Source: Marsupella aquatica (taxonomy: Eukaryota > Plantae > Marchantiophyta). From it: a stretch of DNA of 64,000 nt. The translations under genes and the position numbers were made by a program. Below are positions 13,375 through 26,921 of the stretch, in pieces. The notes under the pieces are model-generated. The model had not been told where the DNA came from and ran no database searches. It worked only from the letters and a program-made list of their open reading frames with translations. Location of the stretch: the NCBI GenBank assembly GCA_973895155.1, contig OZ316899.1, forward strand, positions 10,939,135 through 11,003,134, in the 5' to 3' direction. Every line of letters begins with the position of its first letter. The stretch's first letter is position 1.

Positions 13375-16300
13375 TGTCGGATGCCAAATTAAGTAGTAGT
13401 TGTTTAACTAGAGTTAAAAATAACGTAACTACAGTTAGAAGTAACCATGGTTAGCAATAAATTAGGGTTAGGAGAATAAAGAGATGAATAGTAAGTGGTA
13501 GGGGGCCAAGATGATTTAGTATGGGTTGCCTAACGAAGTTAGGAAAAGACAAGTTAGGTTAGAATTTATTAGGTTAACATTAGTAGTTTAAATAAAAATG
13601 ACCGTAAATAAAAAAGACGGTCGACTTAGCAGAATTAGATAAAAGTCTCATAATATAGTTAGAGCTAGGAATTTAGCAAGTAGTTAGTTTTAGGTTCAAG
13701 GAGCTCACTAGCAAAGATTCAAGTAAAATGGAGGTCCGGGCACACTGCTGGAGATTTATGAAACTGGGATCCGTTATAAGTATACTCAAATGGGATACCG
13801 TAGGAGTAATGGAATACAATGAAAGAATGCTATGAGGGTTAGTGAGAAAGGCCAGGTGTCACCACCTAAGCCCTTTCATAAGGACAAGATTTCAAAATAA
13901 AACTACGTAGTAGTGATGGGGAAACAACAAAATTCCAGCAGGATGGCAGCCAGGTGCAATTAAGCGGAATCAACTCCTTCCATAAGGACAATTAGAGTTG
14001 ACTCATGAAATCCGGAGAGCACACACAAGGAGCTTGATTTCAGGCAGGGAGATAAGGAGATGGCTGAGTGAGGAGTGGGTGGATGGAGATTCAATGCTGC
14101 CATTCAATTGAGCCTCGCTGCTGTAGTGCTACCATTTGCAATTGAATTGAATGGCTGATTACTCTACCAAAGAGCTTTTGCTGTTGGGATTAGTGAGAAG
14201 CTTCAAACTGCTGGAGATGAGCGTAGTACTGAGCATGTATTGAATAGAGCTTGCTGCTAACTAGGTGCTGCATTGATGAAAGAAGTGCTTGATCTTGCTA
14301 CTCGATGCTGAGAGCTTGGTGCCACTCAGGAGCTCGCTGCTGCCAAGTGTTGCTACGATGTTACCGAAGAGGCTCGATGTTCAATTTAAGTTCAAAGTGC
14401 CAAAGGAGTTCATGTTTAATTGAGTTTGTTGCTATGAGCTGGCTGATCGAAGTTGAGAGCTTGGAGTTTTACTGTTGTGGTAGTAAGCAGCTTTGGATTG
14501 CTGAAGATGAGCTCTGTGCTGTTGATTGTGTATTCAATGGAGCTTGCTGCTGAGTGATGTTCACTAAGTAGTTGTTCACCAGGGGAGGCGCTGCTGGCTA
14601 TGGGGATTGTTGAGGGGCTGAAATCCTGGCTATGGAGTTTGCTACTATGGGGAGGGAGTTCCTTGCCGCTTCAATCGTGCTCCTGGCTGTGGAGCTTGCA
14701 ACTATGAAGCAACTCGCGGCCGCTTACTGAAGCTCTGGGAAGGAAAAGAAAAAAACACGAGTAGGGCTTAGGAAAAACTTACCTAGTGAGTTTGGTGGCT
14801 GCGAGTTTTGAACCCGAGACCTGTTGGTTGCTAGGGATTTCAGTTGGGATACCAATAGAGCTTTCTGAGTTGTTCGTTTGAATAGCTCACAGCAACTCTA
14901 ATTAAACTAAAACGACATCTTGCAACCAGGTTTGAGGGACTTGTTGGAGCAAGTTCGAGGCCAGTAGGGGACCAGGGAGACGAGAGGAGGGCCCAGCAGG
15001 GGTGCCTCGACTTCATGAAGGCCCAAGAGACCGTTTTTAATCCCAATAGGATATGCTAAGGAGTTTTCATGAAGGCTGGAAACCCACTATATATTTGTAA
15101 TAAGTTGTTGGACTATTATGAAGCCCAACACTTGATGGGTGCTGGTATACGATGAGTTGTTGCTAGATAGCTCGGCCTTGCACTCGCACAGTAGCCATAG
15201 AATAACTGCTAATGCCAGCATTCTAGTTGGAACCAACTCAAGCGGTAGTTGTCCTAGTCGGGTAAGTTTACAACTGTGTAAAAGTTGACCTGTATTTCTG
15301 TGGTAACCCGAGTCTCAGCGGCAAAACCCGAGACTCAGTGGTAACCCGGAACTCAGTGACGTATTAATCCTCAGGTGTAGGCCGAGCTTGAAGTTGTTAC
15401 CGTGAGAAATATTGTGTTCCAATCAGTTTACAACTCGGTTAGTTGTAAGAGTTACCAAGGGGGTACCCTGGTTTCTCGTCTCACTGAGAGGTGGCCGCTG
15501 TTCAGGTCTTGTGTGGAAACCAGAGTACTGGTTGTAGTTAAGTTGACCTGCGGTTAAGATAGAAACTTAACCTGGGTTAAGGATTAGCGGGAAGTAGTTA
15601 CGCTTGGGTTAAGTTCCAGGGTGACCACTAACCTGAGTTAGCACCTTAGGCCTGGTTTGGTTTGGCTTGGTTTGGAGCCCTGGGGTGTTAAAATAAAGAG
15701 GAGAACCAGGGGGCTGTCTCCTCACTTGTTCACTTGCACATTCTCTTGAAGGCTGAGCCTGGGGGCTGAGATCTCACTTAGGGAGAGTCAGCATTGGCTT
15801 AAGGCACTAGAGAGTGTGGACAGGGGACTAGTCCACTAGGTAGACAGCAAGGAGAGGGTAGGGGGAAGTGTTGTGATCTAATCTTGTACCATTCCTTGCA
15901 ATAAAGGCTCATGCGTAAGCCTCAGTCTTGAAGTGTCTATCCAACGGTTATTTGGATCCAGTGAGTGTGTATGCAAGCTCAGGTGTGACTCAACACCAAG
16001 AGGGGTGAGGCTTGAAGCTAGGGAGTGACGGAGGGACCAAGCACTTGCCTTGTTGAGATAGGAAGTGATGGTCTTGAAGCTCATGGTGAAGTAAGCGGAG
16101 GGAACTCTTGGAGGGGCAGCCACATGGGGAGTTTGTGGGGACAACTTGTGGGTGGGCACTTGCTGTGTTGAGGTCAGGAGTGGGGTTGTGTGAGTGTTTT
16201 CCAATGAGAAAGCAAGGGAGTGATAGCCACCCTTTGAGGTTATCTTTCCAGCGGTGAAAATAAAATTACCCAGTCGGGTGTGTGAGTGAGAAAAGAGAGA

Positions 16301-16426
16301 GTTAAGGAGAAAGAGACCTCCTGTCTTGCTATTCACTCGTCCTAGGAACCCGACAACAATAAGAAGGGGCATAAGTGGTGAAGTTAACTCTAGTAGAGAG
16401 TTAAGCCCCATTGCAAGGTGTTGACA
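13375..16426 (+). mobile_element. Probable long (about 3 kb) gypsy LTR preceded by a PPT-like tract
   Basis: The left junction is GAAGAGGGGAGCTA|TGTCGG and the right junction is GGTGTTGACA|, where a minus-strand RT is cut abruptly. No convincing ORF and no TSD match. Confidence 0.5.
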
Positions 16427-18478
16427 CTTACGAAGGCAAGAGAACACTTCTCTGAGCAATTGCTCATGTTCCTCCAACGTTTTCGAGTAGATTAGGATGT
16501 CGTCAATAAAGACGACCACTCCTTGGTCCAACAAGTCATGAAAAATGGTATTCATCATCTTCATGAACGTTGCAGTTGCATTACACAACCCGAATGGCAT
16601 AACCAAAAACTCATAGGATCCAAACCTTGTGCGCATCGCGGTCTTATACTCGTCTCCCTTAGCCATGCGGATCTGGTAATACCCAGACCGCAAGTCCACC
16701 TTTGAAAACTTCCTAGCCCCGGACAGGCAATCAAAGAGGTCATCCATATGAGGTAACGGGTACTTGTTCTTTACCCTCTGCTTATTGAGGGCCCAATAAT
16801 CTACGCACAATCTCAAAGTACCATCCTTTTTGGACACAAACAGGGCGGGCGCCCCATAAGGACCCTTACTAGGACGAATGAACCCTTGGTTGATCAAGTC
16901 TTCCAAGGCGTTCTTCAACATCATTCATTCATTCAGGTTCAAACAATAAGGAGCTTTAGCCTGAGGAGCCAAACCTGGCTCCAACTCAACTTGGTGATCC
17001 ACTTCTCTCCGCGGGGGTAAACCTTTAGGTAGCTTCTACAAGAGCACATCATTGAATTCCTCTAAAATTTCAGGAATTTGATCATAGTCGGGCCCGACCT
17101 TAGCTGACTTGACCTTTGGCTGCGAAGCAGCCTCCTTAACTAGGTGGAGATGAAAGAAAAAACATTCATGTGCACCCTTGAAGTCTTTCCACCATTGCTT
17201 CGTCGATACACACTGAGACAACCACGACACTTTACTTACTTTGAGAAATCTTTCTTTATTTTTGGTAACTTCGTGTACAACGATGGGCTCACTGCCCTTA
17301 TTGGGAAAATGGAGCACGTCACCCCCCAGTTTCAAGGTAACATTGTGCTTTCTGAGATAACCTACCAACAAAATGAAGTCTACGGCTAGACCTTCTAGAA
17401 CGTAGAACATCTCCTGACTAACAAAATTTTGTTGTTTGCCTATGACCTCTACTCGAAGTCTATGTACTACTCTCGATACTATCCCCTTTGTGTCGTTGGC
17501 AAACTTGCACACTAATGGTTGTAGAAACCCTTGCACGTCCACCCCAAGATGTGTCGCCGCCTGCCCACTTATGAAGCAGGCAGTCGTGCTTGTATCCACC
17601 AAAGCAACACCCAGATTACCGTTAGAAGTGACATTCACAAAAATCAGCTTTTCAGGATCCATTGTCTTAACTTTAGGTATCTTCTCTCGCAACAACACCT
17701 TCTCTCCGGCAGGAACATCCCCTACAGGGACCTTGTCAGCTACTAAGGGTTTGGTTAGAGCGATACTTACCTTAATGCTCTTTTGCCCTCCATCTCCGCT
17801 TGGCTTGCCACCTTTCGTGGAACAATCCTTACTTTGATGGCCCATGGCATCGCACGTGAAGCACAAACCTTCAGCCCGCCTCTGCTCCATGAGTGCCTGC
17901 TTCTTTGCTTTTTGCGCCGATGAGGTTCCTTTCTTGAAGTTGCCGGCCTTTTGGTTTTGCTTAGCTTCTTCATTTTGGGGCTGGGGATCCGAACCACCGG
18001 CCCCCGCCCCTCAGGTTGCTTACGCTTATTCCCGGGACCTTTTGCTTTCCCAGCTTCCCCCTTGGATCCCTTGCCACCCACCTTCGCCAAGTCCGGTCGG
18101 TTATTCACCAACGTAGTGGCCTTATCGAAGGCGTCAGAAAGCGTTTTGAACTCGTGATGCTTTTCCTATAACTTTTCCCTGAGCAACGGCGGGAGCTTCA
18201 CTATAAGTTGTGAAGCTATGTATGTCGGGTCTCTTGCCCCTCTGGGATACACGCCAACTGGTTCTGGTAATATGTGATGAACTTTTGAATATCACCCCTG
18301 AAGCTCATCTCCATTACACAGTTCTGAGGGTGTCGCACCAGGTACTTAGTGGTGACATGAGCACGGAGTCCCTCAACCAGGCTTTCCCAAGTTAATGGCA
18401 AGGAGGAGTCCTCTCGCAACTTCTTCCATGACTTGTACCAAGTCAAGGCATAGTTGTGGTAAGTAGAACAACACCAAA
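16427..18478 (-). pseudogene. Ty3/gypsy (chromovirus-like) gag-pol fragment: Gag, zinc knuckle, aspartic protease, RT N-terminal half
   Basis: Gag ALTWYKSW..TWESL; knuckle CFTCDAMGHQSKDC; protease ALVDTSTTACFI; [28 protein letters not shown]...DLRSGYYQI...VMPFGLCNA...FIDDILIYS. Contains stops and is truncated at both ends. Confidence 0.92.
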
Positions 18479-19424
18479 TGTCTAAGATCTTGCTCAAAAC
18501 AACCAGGATTCGATCCCGTAAAGAATAAACAAAGCAATTTACTAAGGTTTTGTGGTGTTTGAAATCTTCAATTGATTTCCTTGTTGTTTCTCCTTATATA
18601 ATCTTGAAACAATTATTATGTCACAAATGCTGAAATGAACTTCCTTAGGTTTGGCTTCTTCTCGATAGACTGAAAGGTTTTCTCTTCCCTATAACTTCCT
18701 TATACACTTAGTAGTGATCGGTTTTACGTCATGAAGGTTGGTACAATTCCCATTTCAACTAGATTTCAAAGGCACACCTTAGTTATCCATTCAATTCTAT
18801 TTCCTACAACTAATTCAAACATCAAAACTTGAATACTTAGGTTTGATCCATGAAATGTTTGAAATTCAATTGATGTGAGTGGTACAAGTCTTCTCCATTA
18901 GATTCTTTCTCCTAAGCCCAATTTGGCACGAGAAAAAGACCCATACTTGGTCAAAAATCAATGTTGAAGAAAAGACATAAGCATTGCTTGGGAGTCCAAA
19001 TGTAGGAGGCTCCCTCATAACATGGGAGAAACCAAAGGGTTTTCTCCTAAGTTGAGAAATCTATTCCTATCTAAAAGGAATTCTAGACTCTAAGAGACAA
19101 GGTAAAGGTAAGACCCTTACAAATTTAAATCTGAGACTCCATAAGTGACAAGTGATGTCATTCTAAATCGATCCTGATTAACTAAAATAAAGCTCAAGTA
19201 AGAGGTAGAACGATTTATGAGTCAAGGGCCAAAACTATGTAGTCCTTGTTCCGTCAAAGTTGTTGCCAAAAGTCTAAACCGATTCTATAGTGTTCAAGCG
19301 ATTGTTTGTCCGAAGCGATTCTTCCTTCCAAACTCAAACTTCTTAACTTTCTTCCATAACGTTCCTTTGAGGCTTAAAATGGGTTAAAGGGTGACGGATA
19401 GACCAAAAGAAGCTTCAAGTAAGG

Positions 19425-21100
19425 TTAAAATGTTTGACAATCTGCCATTTCCACTCCAATGCTTCTTTTTGCCATTCCACATAACCCCCTCCTCAAATGT
19501 GAAGCGACCTCGCAAACACTTGAGTATTGGTTTCTTCTTTGGAAAGGATGTGCCAGGTCATGATCTCTTTCAGCACCATCATCTTCTAGGGCGACGTCTT
19601 CTGATGTTTTGGATGAAAGAATCACTTTTTGGAAATTTTGAATGAAGTGATTCTTTGTCTCTTAAAGGCTGAGGGAATCCCTTCTTGAGCTTCCGGAATT
19701 GGAGCAAGTGGGATGAGCGTTTAAGCTTCTTGAGAGAAACTGGTGCCGGGCTCAAGGTGTTTAGATGGGAGCGCTTCAGTTTCTTCTTCCTGGGAACTAG
19801 TGACTCTGATAAGTTTTGAACAGCTTCCATTTGAATAACCTCTGTACTCGGCTCCTCCTCTTCTTTCGGTTCATCTTCTACAGGTAGAACATCACAAGCC
19901 AAAGAAACAGGAGGTTTTGTTGCTACGGTCAAATCTATTTCTTCCTCCTTTTCTGGATGAGAATAGTTAGGTGTAATTGGCAAGGGATCGAACAGCCAAT
20001 TTTGTTCCAACATATTAGCAACAAAAATGTACTCTCTATCTATCATGGGAGTTGGGCAGGTATAGTGACGAAGCTCATCATGCAATAAAAATGTATGTCT
20101 AGAAAGGAAAAACTTCTGCACTGAGCTGATGCCACAATCGCTCGTTCCAATTTCTCGATGCTGAACCCAAAATTGCCTCCAATCTGCTGAATTCTCTCAA
20201 AGACTGTAGGTGTGGGCAGCTTACAAAAATTAACAAGATTTAGCTGCAAGTCACCTAAGAGTACCTTACTCTCTATAAGAACAATTGCTTGTCGTGCATG
20301 TGCCCGCAAATCAAAGTTGATTGACGTGGTTGGGCTGGCTGGAACAAACTGAACTGGAATGTTGACATCAATCTCAATGTCTCCAGCCGACAGATGGGAA
20401 AGGTGTCCATATAGGGCATCTAAATAAGCACATTGAACTTTGGTTGCCCATGCAGGGAGATTTCCCAACAGCCGGGTGGTAAGGGAAATATCTTCCACCT
20501 TCAAATCACCATAAACTAGCCAAGGCAAACGCAATGAACTCCCAGGTCTTAGCCTTAGCTTTAATCCACACTTGATAAACATGATGGAATGGCACACCCA
20601 TCCTCTTATCAAACTCTGGTAACCGATGCTGGAAATAGACAACACTCTTTTTCAATCGATAGTAGCGGAGAAAGTCAATAGAGGGCTCCACAAAACTGAT
20701 CATTTGCTGAGCAAATTTCTTCAGACAAGCTGCATCTTCTTGGGGCTCCATCAAATTAGCTTTAGGTGCTACGACGATCTCTTGTACTGCAAGAGAATCG
20801 GCTTTCTGATTGGTGATAGCAGTCGCAACTTTAGAAAGACTCTTCTACTCACTCTGCCAGCCTTCCGAAGTCAAGGCAACCAATTGAAGACGATCTTCTG
20901 CAGAAAGCAAAATTTGGTCCACCATTTTTGCCAAAGTCTTGAGCGATCGTTGAATAGTAGGCAGGACTGAGCTCTGAACCGCTTCTCTGAGTTTTTTCTC
21001 AAGCTCTTTCTTTTTTGTCTCCATGTTCATCTTGATTCGCTCTACATCCGCTTGTTTGGTCTTCATTGATTCTATCTCATTGAGGTCTTCTTTTTAACAA
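19425..21100 (-). pseudogene. Degraded ORF of unknown function (N-terminal coiled coil, basic C-terminus), probably TE-derived
   Basis: Overlapping minus-strand ORFs 20845-21066, 20506-20754, 20043-20645 and 19579-20121 appear to be one frameshifted gene. No family motif recognised. Confidence 0.35.
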
Positions 21101-21174
21101 TGAAAATTTTGCATGACCTCCTCAATCAGGCTAGTGTTTAGAGCATTAGCTCTACAAAAATCGTCCATGGCTCC

Positions 21175-22434
21175 TTGCAACTTATACTTTGGGACACAGG
21201 GAGGGAAGTCCCCCACTGCGTTGGCGTGGACATCACCGAGGGCATCACGATTTGGCAGCTAGTCGTATTCAAGAATATACCATATCATTGTTTCAAATGC
21301 AACCAGAAGGGGCACCTAGCTCGGGATTGCAAAGCCTTTGAGCAGGGGGAGAACAATACTAAAGGCTATGAAACCAATGGGGCACAGAAGACTGATGAGC
21401 ATACGAGGGCAGGCAAAATCTCTCAGGAGGCCATGATGACGGCGGATATCCCGAATAGCGGCAACCCGAAGGCTTTCACTAGTACTAATAAGCCCCGACA
21501 CGACAGCAGCTCTAGCGATGGTGGTGACGCTGCTACTAGGGTGGGCGAGCGGACACTTGGTGTACCACTTTCAGCAAGACAAGGCAATCATCTATCCTTG
21601 ATCAGAGAGGCGAGCGAGCTCAGAGTTGGTGTGGAGACCCGCGAGTCTCAGGAAACGGCAAGGAGTGCTGAAGCAAGTAGGCACGCGGAGTCCCTAAATA
21701 GATCAGACCAGAGGACACGGAGTGGCGTGGAGCATGCCCATGAAAATCAGACTCATCCCCATTCCAGGATTTTGTTGCTTTCAGCCGTCAATCGAGAGAC
21801 TCATGTGCATGTAAGCACCAAAAATGACCAGAATCAAAGGGAACACAGTGTTGACCCAAATCATACCTAGGAACAGGAACTAGACCCGGCTACGTGGCCT
21901 GCATTGGTGGTCACTGAGGACAGGCTTGTGACTAATCAAACTGAAGGCATCAGTGGGGCTCATGTTGCTTTGCCTGGCCACTCACGGAGCTCGGGTCCGG
22001 CAAGGGTGAAAGAGCTCTCAGCGATTGAAGAATATGAAGTTGCACAAGATGGAAGCGGAGAAGAGGAGAATCAATCCTATCAAGGGGGCTCTGACATTGA
22101 GATGTCTGAATACAAGGACTACATCACCAAAAGCCAACTAAAAAAAGAAAGAGCACAGAAGCTTGAGTTGCAAACTCCTCCTTCGGCACTGAGGAAAGAT
22201 GATCTAAGGAAAGTTAATAAGAAGGTAAGATCCTGCAATATTCGGCAGCTGAGTCTGAGTCTGCCCAAACTCCATATAGGGATCATCTTTTCATGGAATG
22301 CCAGGCTTGGCATGATGAACAGCAATTGGTGGAGCAGGATGGAAGAGGCGGACGGATCCGAGACGCTGGGCAAACTCTCCCCGAGAACAACCTTTCTCCC
22401 GAAAGCTCTAGTTTGGTTTCTTTGCACTGAATAA
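21175..22434 (+). pseudogene. LINE (L1-like) ORF1 3' part with CCHC zinc knuckle
   Basis: WQLVVFKNIPYHCFKCNQKGHLARDC followed by a low-complexity tail. It lies upstream of LINE ORF2 once the 22444-26900 insertion is removed. Confidence 0.75.
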
Positions 22435-22443
22435 GAGATGGCC

Positions 22444-25400
22444 TGTAGCGGGGTGAGGTGCGTCCCATGGCTCCCTAAACCCAAGAAACCCCTCTGCTCA
22501 AGCCGATTCCTGCAGGTTTCGCTCTTGGCAAGGCCAATTTCGTGGCTTAGCGGCATGGGACGCTGCTAACTTCCTTCTACTACTATTGCTATTAACATTT
22601 TACTCACATATACTGGACAGATCCTTCATCGGGTCATGAAATACGTAGCCGGCCTATTCTTGGCCTTCCCTTGTCCTCCTCTCTCGGTTTTCCTGTAGGT
22701 ATGTTTGGATTCCGCCGCCGGAATGATCCCCAACTGGCTTGGGTAAGCCGCTAAGACCTCTCTCAGCTCGACACATCCAACTCTTACTACCTTGCTTACT
22801 CCCTTCTTGGTTGATGCGGGCAATCTTCAAACAAGTTAATACGACACACAAATAGCAAAATGGTTCCTTCTGATTGAGTTATACCATGCACTTGCCATAC
22901 AAACAGTACTTCTCATATACAAGATTTGCGAACTAAGCCGTGAGGCCAACTCTATTCATTTCTTAGGTATGAGGAAACATGAATATACACAAGGGTCACA
23001 GTATAACTAACCGAGAGCTTCTTTAACTACTTGATCCCAGCCCTGCTGGTGCACTAAAAACTTGCTAAGGAAGAAGGCCCTGAACTCCCCGCTGCCCAGG
23101 TACGTATCCTGGTAGTGGATCCGCCTAATTCCTTGCAGCGTAAGCCTAATCTACCTAACTATAATCTACCTATGTACAGCGAGGTAGGAGCACAAGTGTT
23201 GCTCTTACCAATGGATCCGCAATCCCACTAAGCTAAGTGTCAGGGCCGACCCTTGGTCCTGATCCTAATTCTAAACTTGGAGATCTGAGCCCGCCCTGCC
23301 CACTCACGCCTCCTCCCTCCACGTCCGCCCTCCTCAAAAGGAGCGGCCCTCCACCACCGTCATGGCAGCGGTGTCTGGTCCTCAATGGACGCCCCCAACA
23401 CTTCCTCCGCAGCCACTACCATAGGTTCGTCCTCTGACAGATTACCTGCTCCTGACCGAGTCAACTCTCCATCGGCCTGACTGGGTCCACCCTCGGCTTC
23501 GGCCTCAGCATCGGCCACAGCCTCCCCGACATGTTCTAGTGATGGATCCGGTACCCCGGCTTCATTACCGAGTATCCTGGCCCTAGCTTCATCATCCCCG
23601 CCTTCTAGGGCAGTTGGATCCTCTACCGTGACCCTGCCTAAGGTTGGTGTTGGGTTTACCTCCTTGGTCACGACGGCTTGAGGAGCCGTATTACTCCCTG
23701 ACCCAAAAGGTTTCCGCTTCTTCTTCTTCTTTGGTTCGGCAGCTGGCCCCTTCCCCTTGCCACTTACCTCCGGCACTGGTGTGAGTGTCTCAGCTTGTCC
23801 TTTGGCCAGTACTACACCAGGTAACTTGGTTGCCCCAATTGGAGTTGGTCCTGAGGAAGCCAAACACTTAAATACCGCGGCCTGTTTCTTCAGCCGCTCT
23901 GTTTGGTTGTCGGCTTGCCGCTGTAAGTTTTCCATCTTCCGCGTGCTTTCCTCCAACTCCTCCTGCAATTCATCCAGGTCCTTGTGCGCCTCCTCCCGCT
24001 CCTTTTGGGCTTCCTCCAATTCCTTCTTTAAGGTCGCCCTCTCCTCCTAGGTTGCTCTCAGCTCCTCGTCGAGCTCCGTAATGACCTCGGGCCCTAAACC
24101 CTAAACCCTAAACTTCCACTTCTCCTTCTCCTTGATCGAATCGGCTAGATCAAATTGGGTCCGAGTTAGTTTATCCTTGATAATCTGATTATCAGACTGG
24201 GCGGTATCCAATTGCCTTTGCATGATGTTGAGCTCATGCCACTTAATCCACAGCTCATCTTGGGCTTTCTTGGACGCCTTCAGGTCTTCTACCTCGGCTT
24301 CCTTTGCCCTAAGCTGATGGATGACCTCGTCCTTCTTGCTTCTTTCCAAAGCCACCGCTTCTTCTAATCGGTGCTTCTCCAACATTTCCCTCTGCAAAAA
24401 AGGTCCCTGCTCCAACTCCTCCCCAAAGATGTTGAGCACAAGTTACCCACACATCTCCTCGTACTCCATGGCTTGTTCTTTAGCATAGGCGGAGTGAGCA
24501 GAAGTCACGGCATCATCCACTGCGGCCTTTGTTCCCAGGCAGCCTTGCGAATTTCTTCTATCATGGCTGGCGGGTTGCTTCATTTTCCTGCAAGCCGCCG
24601 GATGTCCTCTGGCCATTCTCCTCCTGGTAAATCCTTCTCCCTTGCCAGGGCTGCCTCCTCTTCCTCCCTGCGTCGTTCCTGAACTCCTGTGCTGTCTGTT
24701 TTATGCCGTCAAAACTTGGGGGAGTGACATCTGGTGGGGGAGATTCGGGGCTGCTCTGCTGGGTCGGGTCCCCTCGAACTACTCTTGGAAGAGTGGGGAT
24801 GAACCTGCCACAAGTCTTTATTCCTGGAACATGATGGTCCGACCCGTAGCCGGAGTCATCATTGTCATAGCCTTCTACCGCCTCCTCCTCGGCTTGGACT
24901 ATCGGCTCCCCCCGCTGCTGTCGTGGTCCTGCCGTGAACACAACCCCACAGATCACGGGTCCTGGTTCCTTTGGCTTCCACGTTGATCTCATCTTTTCCC
25001 TATCGTGACCAGGGGCCTCAGGCTGCTTCTCCTCGGCTTGGGGACTTGAAGCTCCTACATACATTCAGACTCCCGACTCGTGTTCCGGCCTCCTTCTCTC
25101 CTTGGCTCCGGTAAAGGGGTTTTCCTTGGTAAGTTGGCTAAGGCCGACCTCAGAAGCAGTATTCTGTACTGGCCCCGTTGCCGCTGCCATTCTCCTTTCC
25201 TTCTCCAGCAATTTCAGCAAATTCTGCATGCCTGGTTGCTGCATCGGCAAGTCCTCCTTCCTCGGCCTAAACACCTGCTCAATTGTAGGACTGTCGGGCT
25301 GGGTCGGTTTCTCTGTTGCCGGCCTTGGTTCCGGAACCATCTCTGGTGCTCTTGCCTGTAGGGGCAGTACCGGGGCGAATATCTGGCTTCGGGCATACCG

Positions 25401-26900
25401 GCACAACAGTGGCATGTGATAACCAAGTCGGGACATGCTTCCCATGCCAATCACCAGCTGTTCCTCCTTCAAGATCTTCTTTAGTTGGGTGAGGAGGTAC
25501 CCGTTGTAGTCTCGGCTTTGGTCTGGCCTCTCCGCCAGATAGACCTGTGCCTTGCCAATCTCTGCCCTTGGCAAGTTACAATGCATGGTCACCCGCAAGA
25601 AATTGATCATTTCTCCTATGTGCGGGTTGGTGCAGGTGTTTTGGAAGAAGCCATTCTTTGTTGATGGCCTTGGAAACGACCGGAACTCCTTGTTTGGCAA
25701 GGTCTTCCTGGTATCTACTTTGGTCTTATTGCTTGTTGGCAAGCCAAACACTTCGGCAATCACCCGGGGAGTGAGATAGAATCCTTCCCATACACCCTTG
25801 TGGAATTGGTCTCGGGCTCCCATGATCCCACGAATTCCAGTAAGTCTGAATCCGGTACCTCGGGCCTCAGCCATGGTAACTTTACGAATGCTTCCAAGCC
25901 GGATCCGGCCATGAAGCCTAGTATTTCCAAGTCTGCATAGCCGTAAAGCATGCATCCTCTTCCCGCGCAAAGTGTAATTGCACCTCCTCGAGGAGGGTCG
26001 CAGCCCAGCCTTTCCAAGTGTCATCTCTTGTTGGAACGACATTGACGGGGTCGACCTCCTCCTCTTTGGCTTTTGCCTGCCTCCTGCTTCCCTGCTCTGC
26101 TAGTTTCTTGGGTGCCGCCAACCTCGTTCTTTTTGCAGGGGTGGCTTCTTTGTTGTTGTTCCCTTTCCTCTTCATAGCGGCTGCCGTGGATGTTTCTCCT
26201 AGCACGATTGCCTTTGTCCACCCCTCCGTGCTACCCTTTAACTCCCAGTGTATCTTGTTGCAGCGGTTGATGGCCTCCTGGATGCCGACTATCTTGTTCT
26301 CACAAAACAGAAGATCGTCAAGTTCGTCGGCAGTAGGCGTCCACAAGAATTCAGCCGTAATGAGTTTTCCTCCTAAGAAAGTAGACTTCTACAACTCCCA
26401 CAGCCAAGCGAGCTCCTGCCGTTCTTGAGCCGCTCTCTCTGATTCTTCGTCCTGGTAGGTCCCAATGTACTCAGTTGCCCGTTCTAACAGGCATCCCCAA
26501 AAATGAGCATCTTGATTGACGTTGCTCATACCCCTCTTGAGTTGATCGTCGGTATCTGCTTCCACCCCGAGTGCTTGCCTGAGCAGTGGACAGCAGTTGG
26601 CCTCCTGTAGTCGTTCGCTTGGCTTGTGTTTGCAAATGAGCCGCCAGTCCTTGCGCTTGGTCCTTACCCCCCCCCCCCTTGGCTGGTCTTCCTTCCCGTT
26701 AGTAGCCGCCGGTACTTAGCGCTCCCTAACCCTAATCGTGTTTCCCCCGACGTCCCTACTTTTGGCCTCGGCTCGGGTTCCATAGTCACCCTTAATTGTT
26801 TATATTTCCCTATTTTTGTTACTATACTAAGGTGTTTCCTAGGGTACACTCCTGATTTTACTAATTAAACTGGCCTAATGATTCCTGGCTAGGCATCACA
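22444..26900 (-). mobile_element. Solo-LTR-like insertion carrying a degraded long ORF homologous to 35578-38025
   Basis: TG...CA termini (TGTAGCGGGG on the left, GGCATCACA on the right) between LINE ORF1 and ORF2. Shared motifs FYLTPRVIAEVFGLPT, NGFFQNTCTN and RLGYHM, then a coiled coil. No exact TSD was found, so the boundaries are tentative. Confidence 0.6.
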
Positions 26901-26921
26901 CTGGGCTTGCCAACGCACAAG

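Noticed and set aside
13400-16400. Short ORFs and the C-terminal half of ORF 15878-16924
   Set aside because: The RT homology stops at 16427, and the remainder is read-through into LTR-like non-coding sequence.
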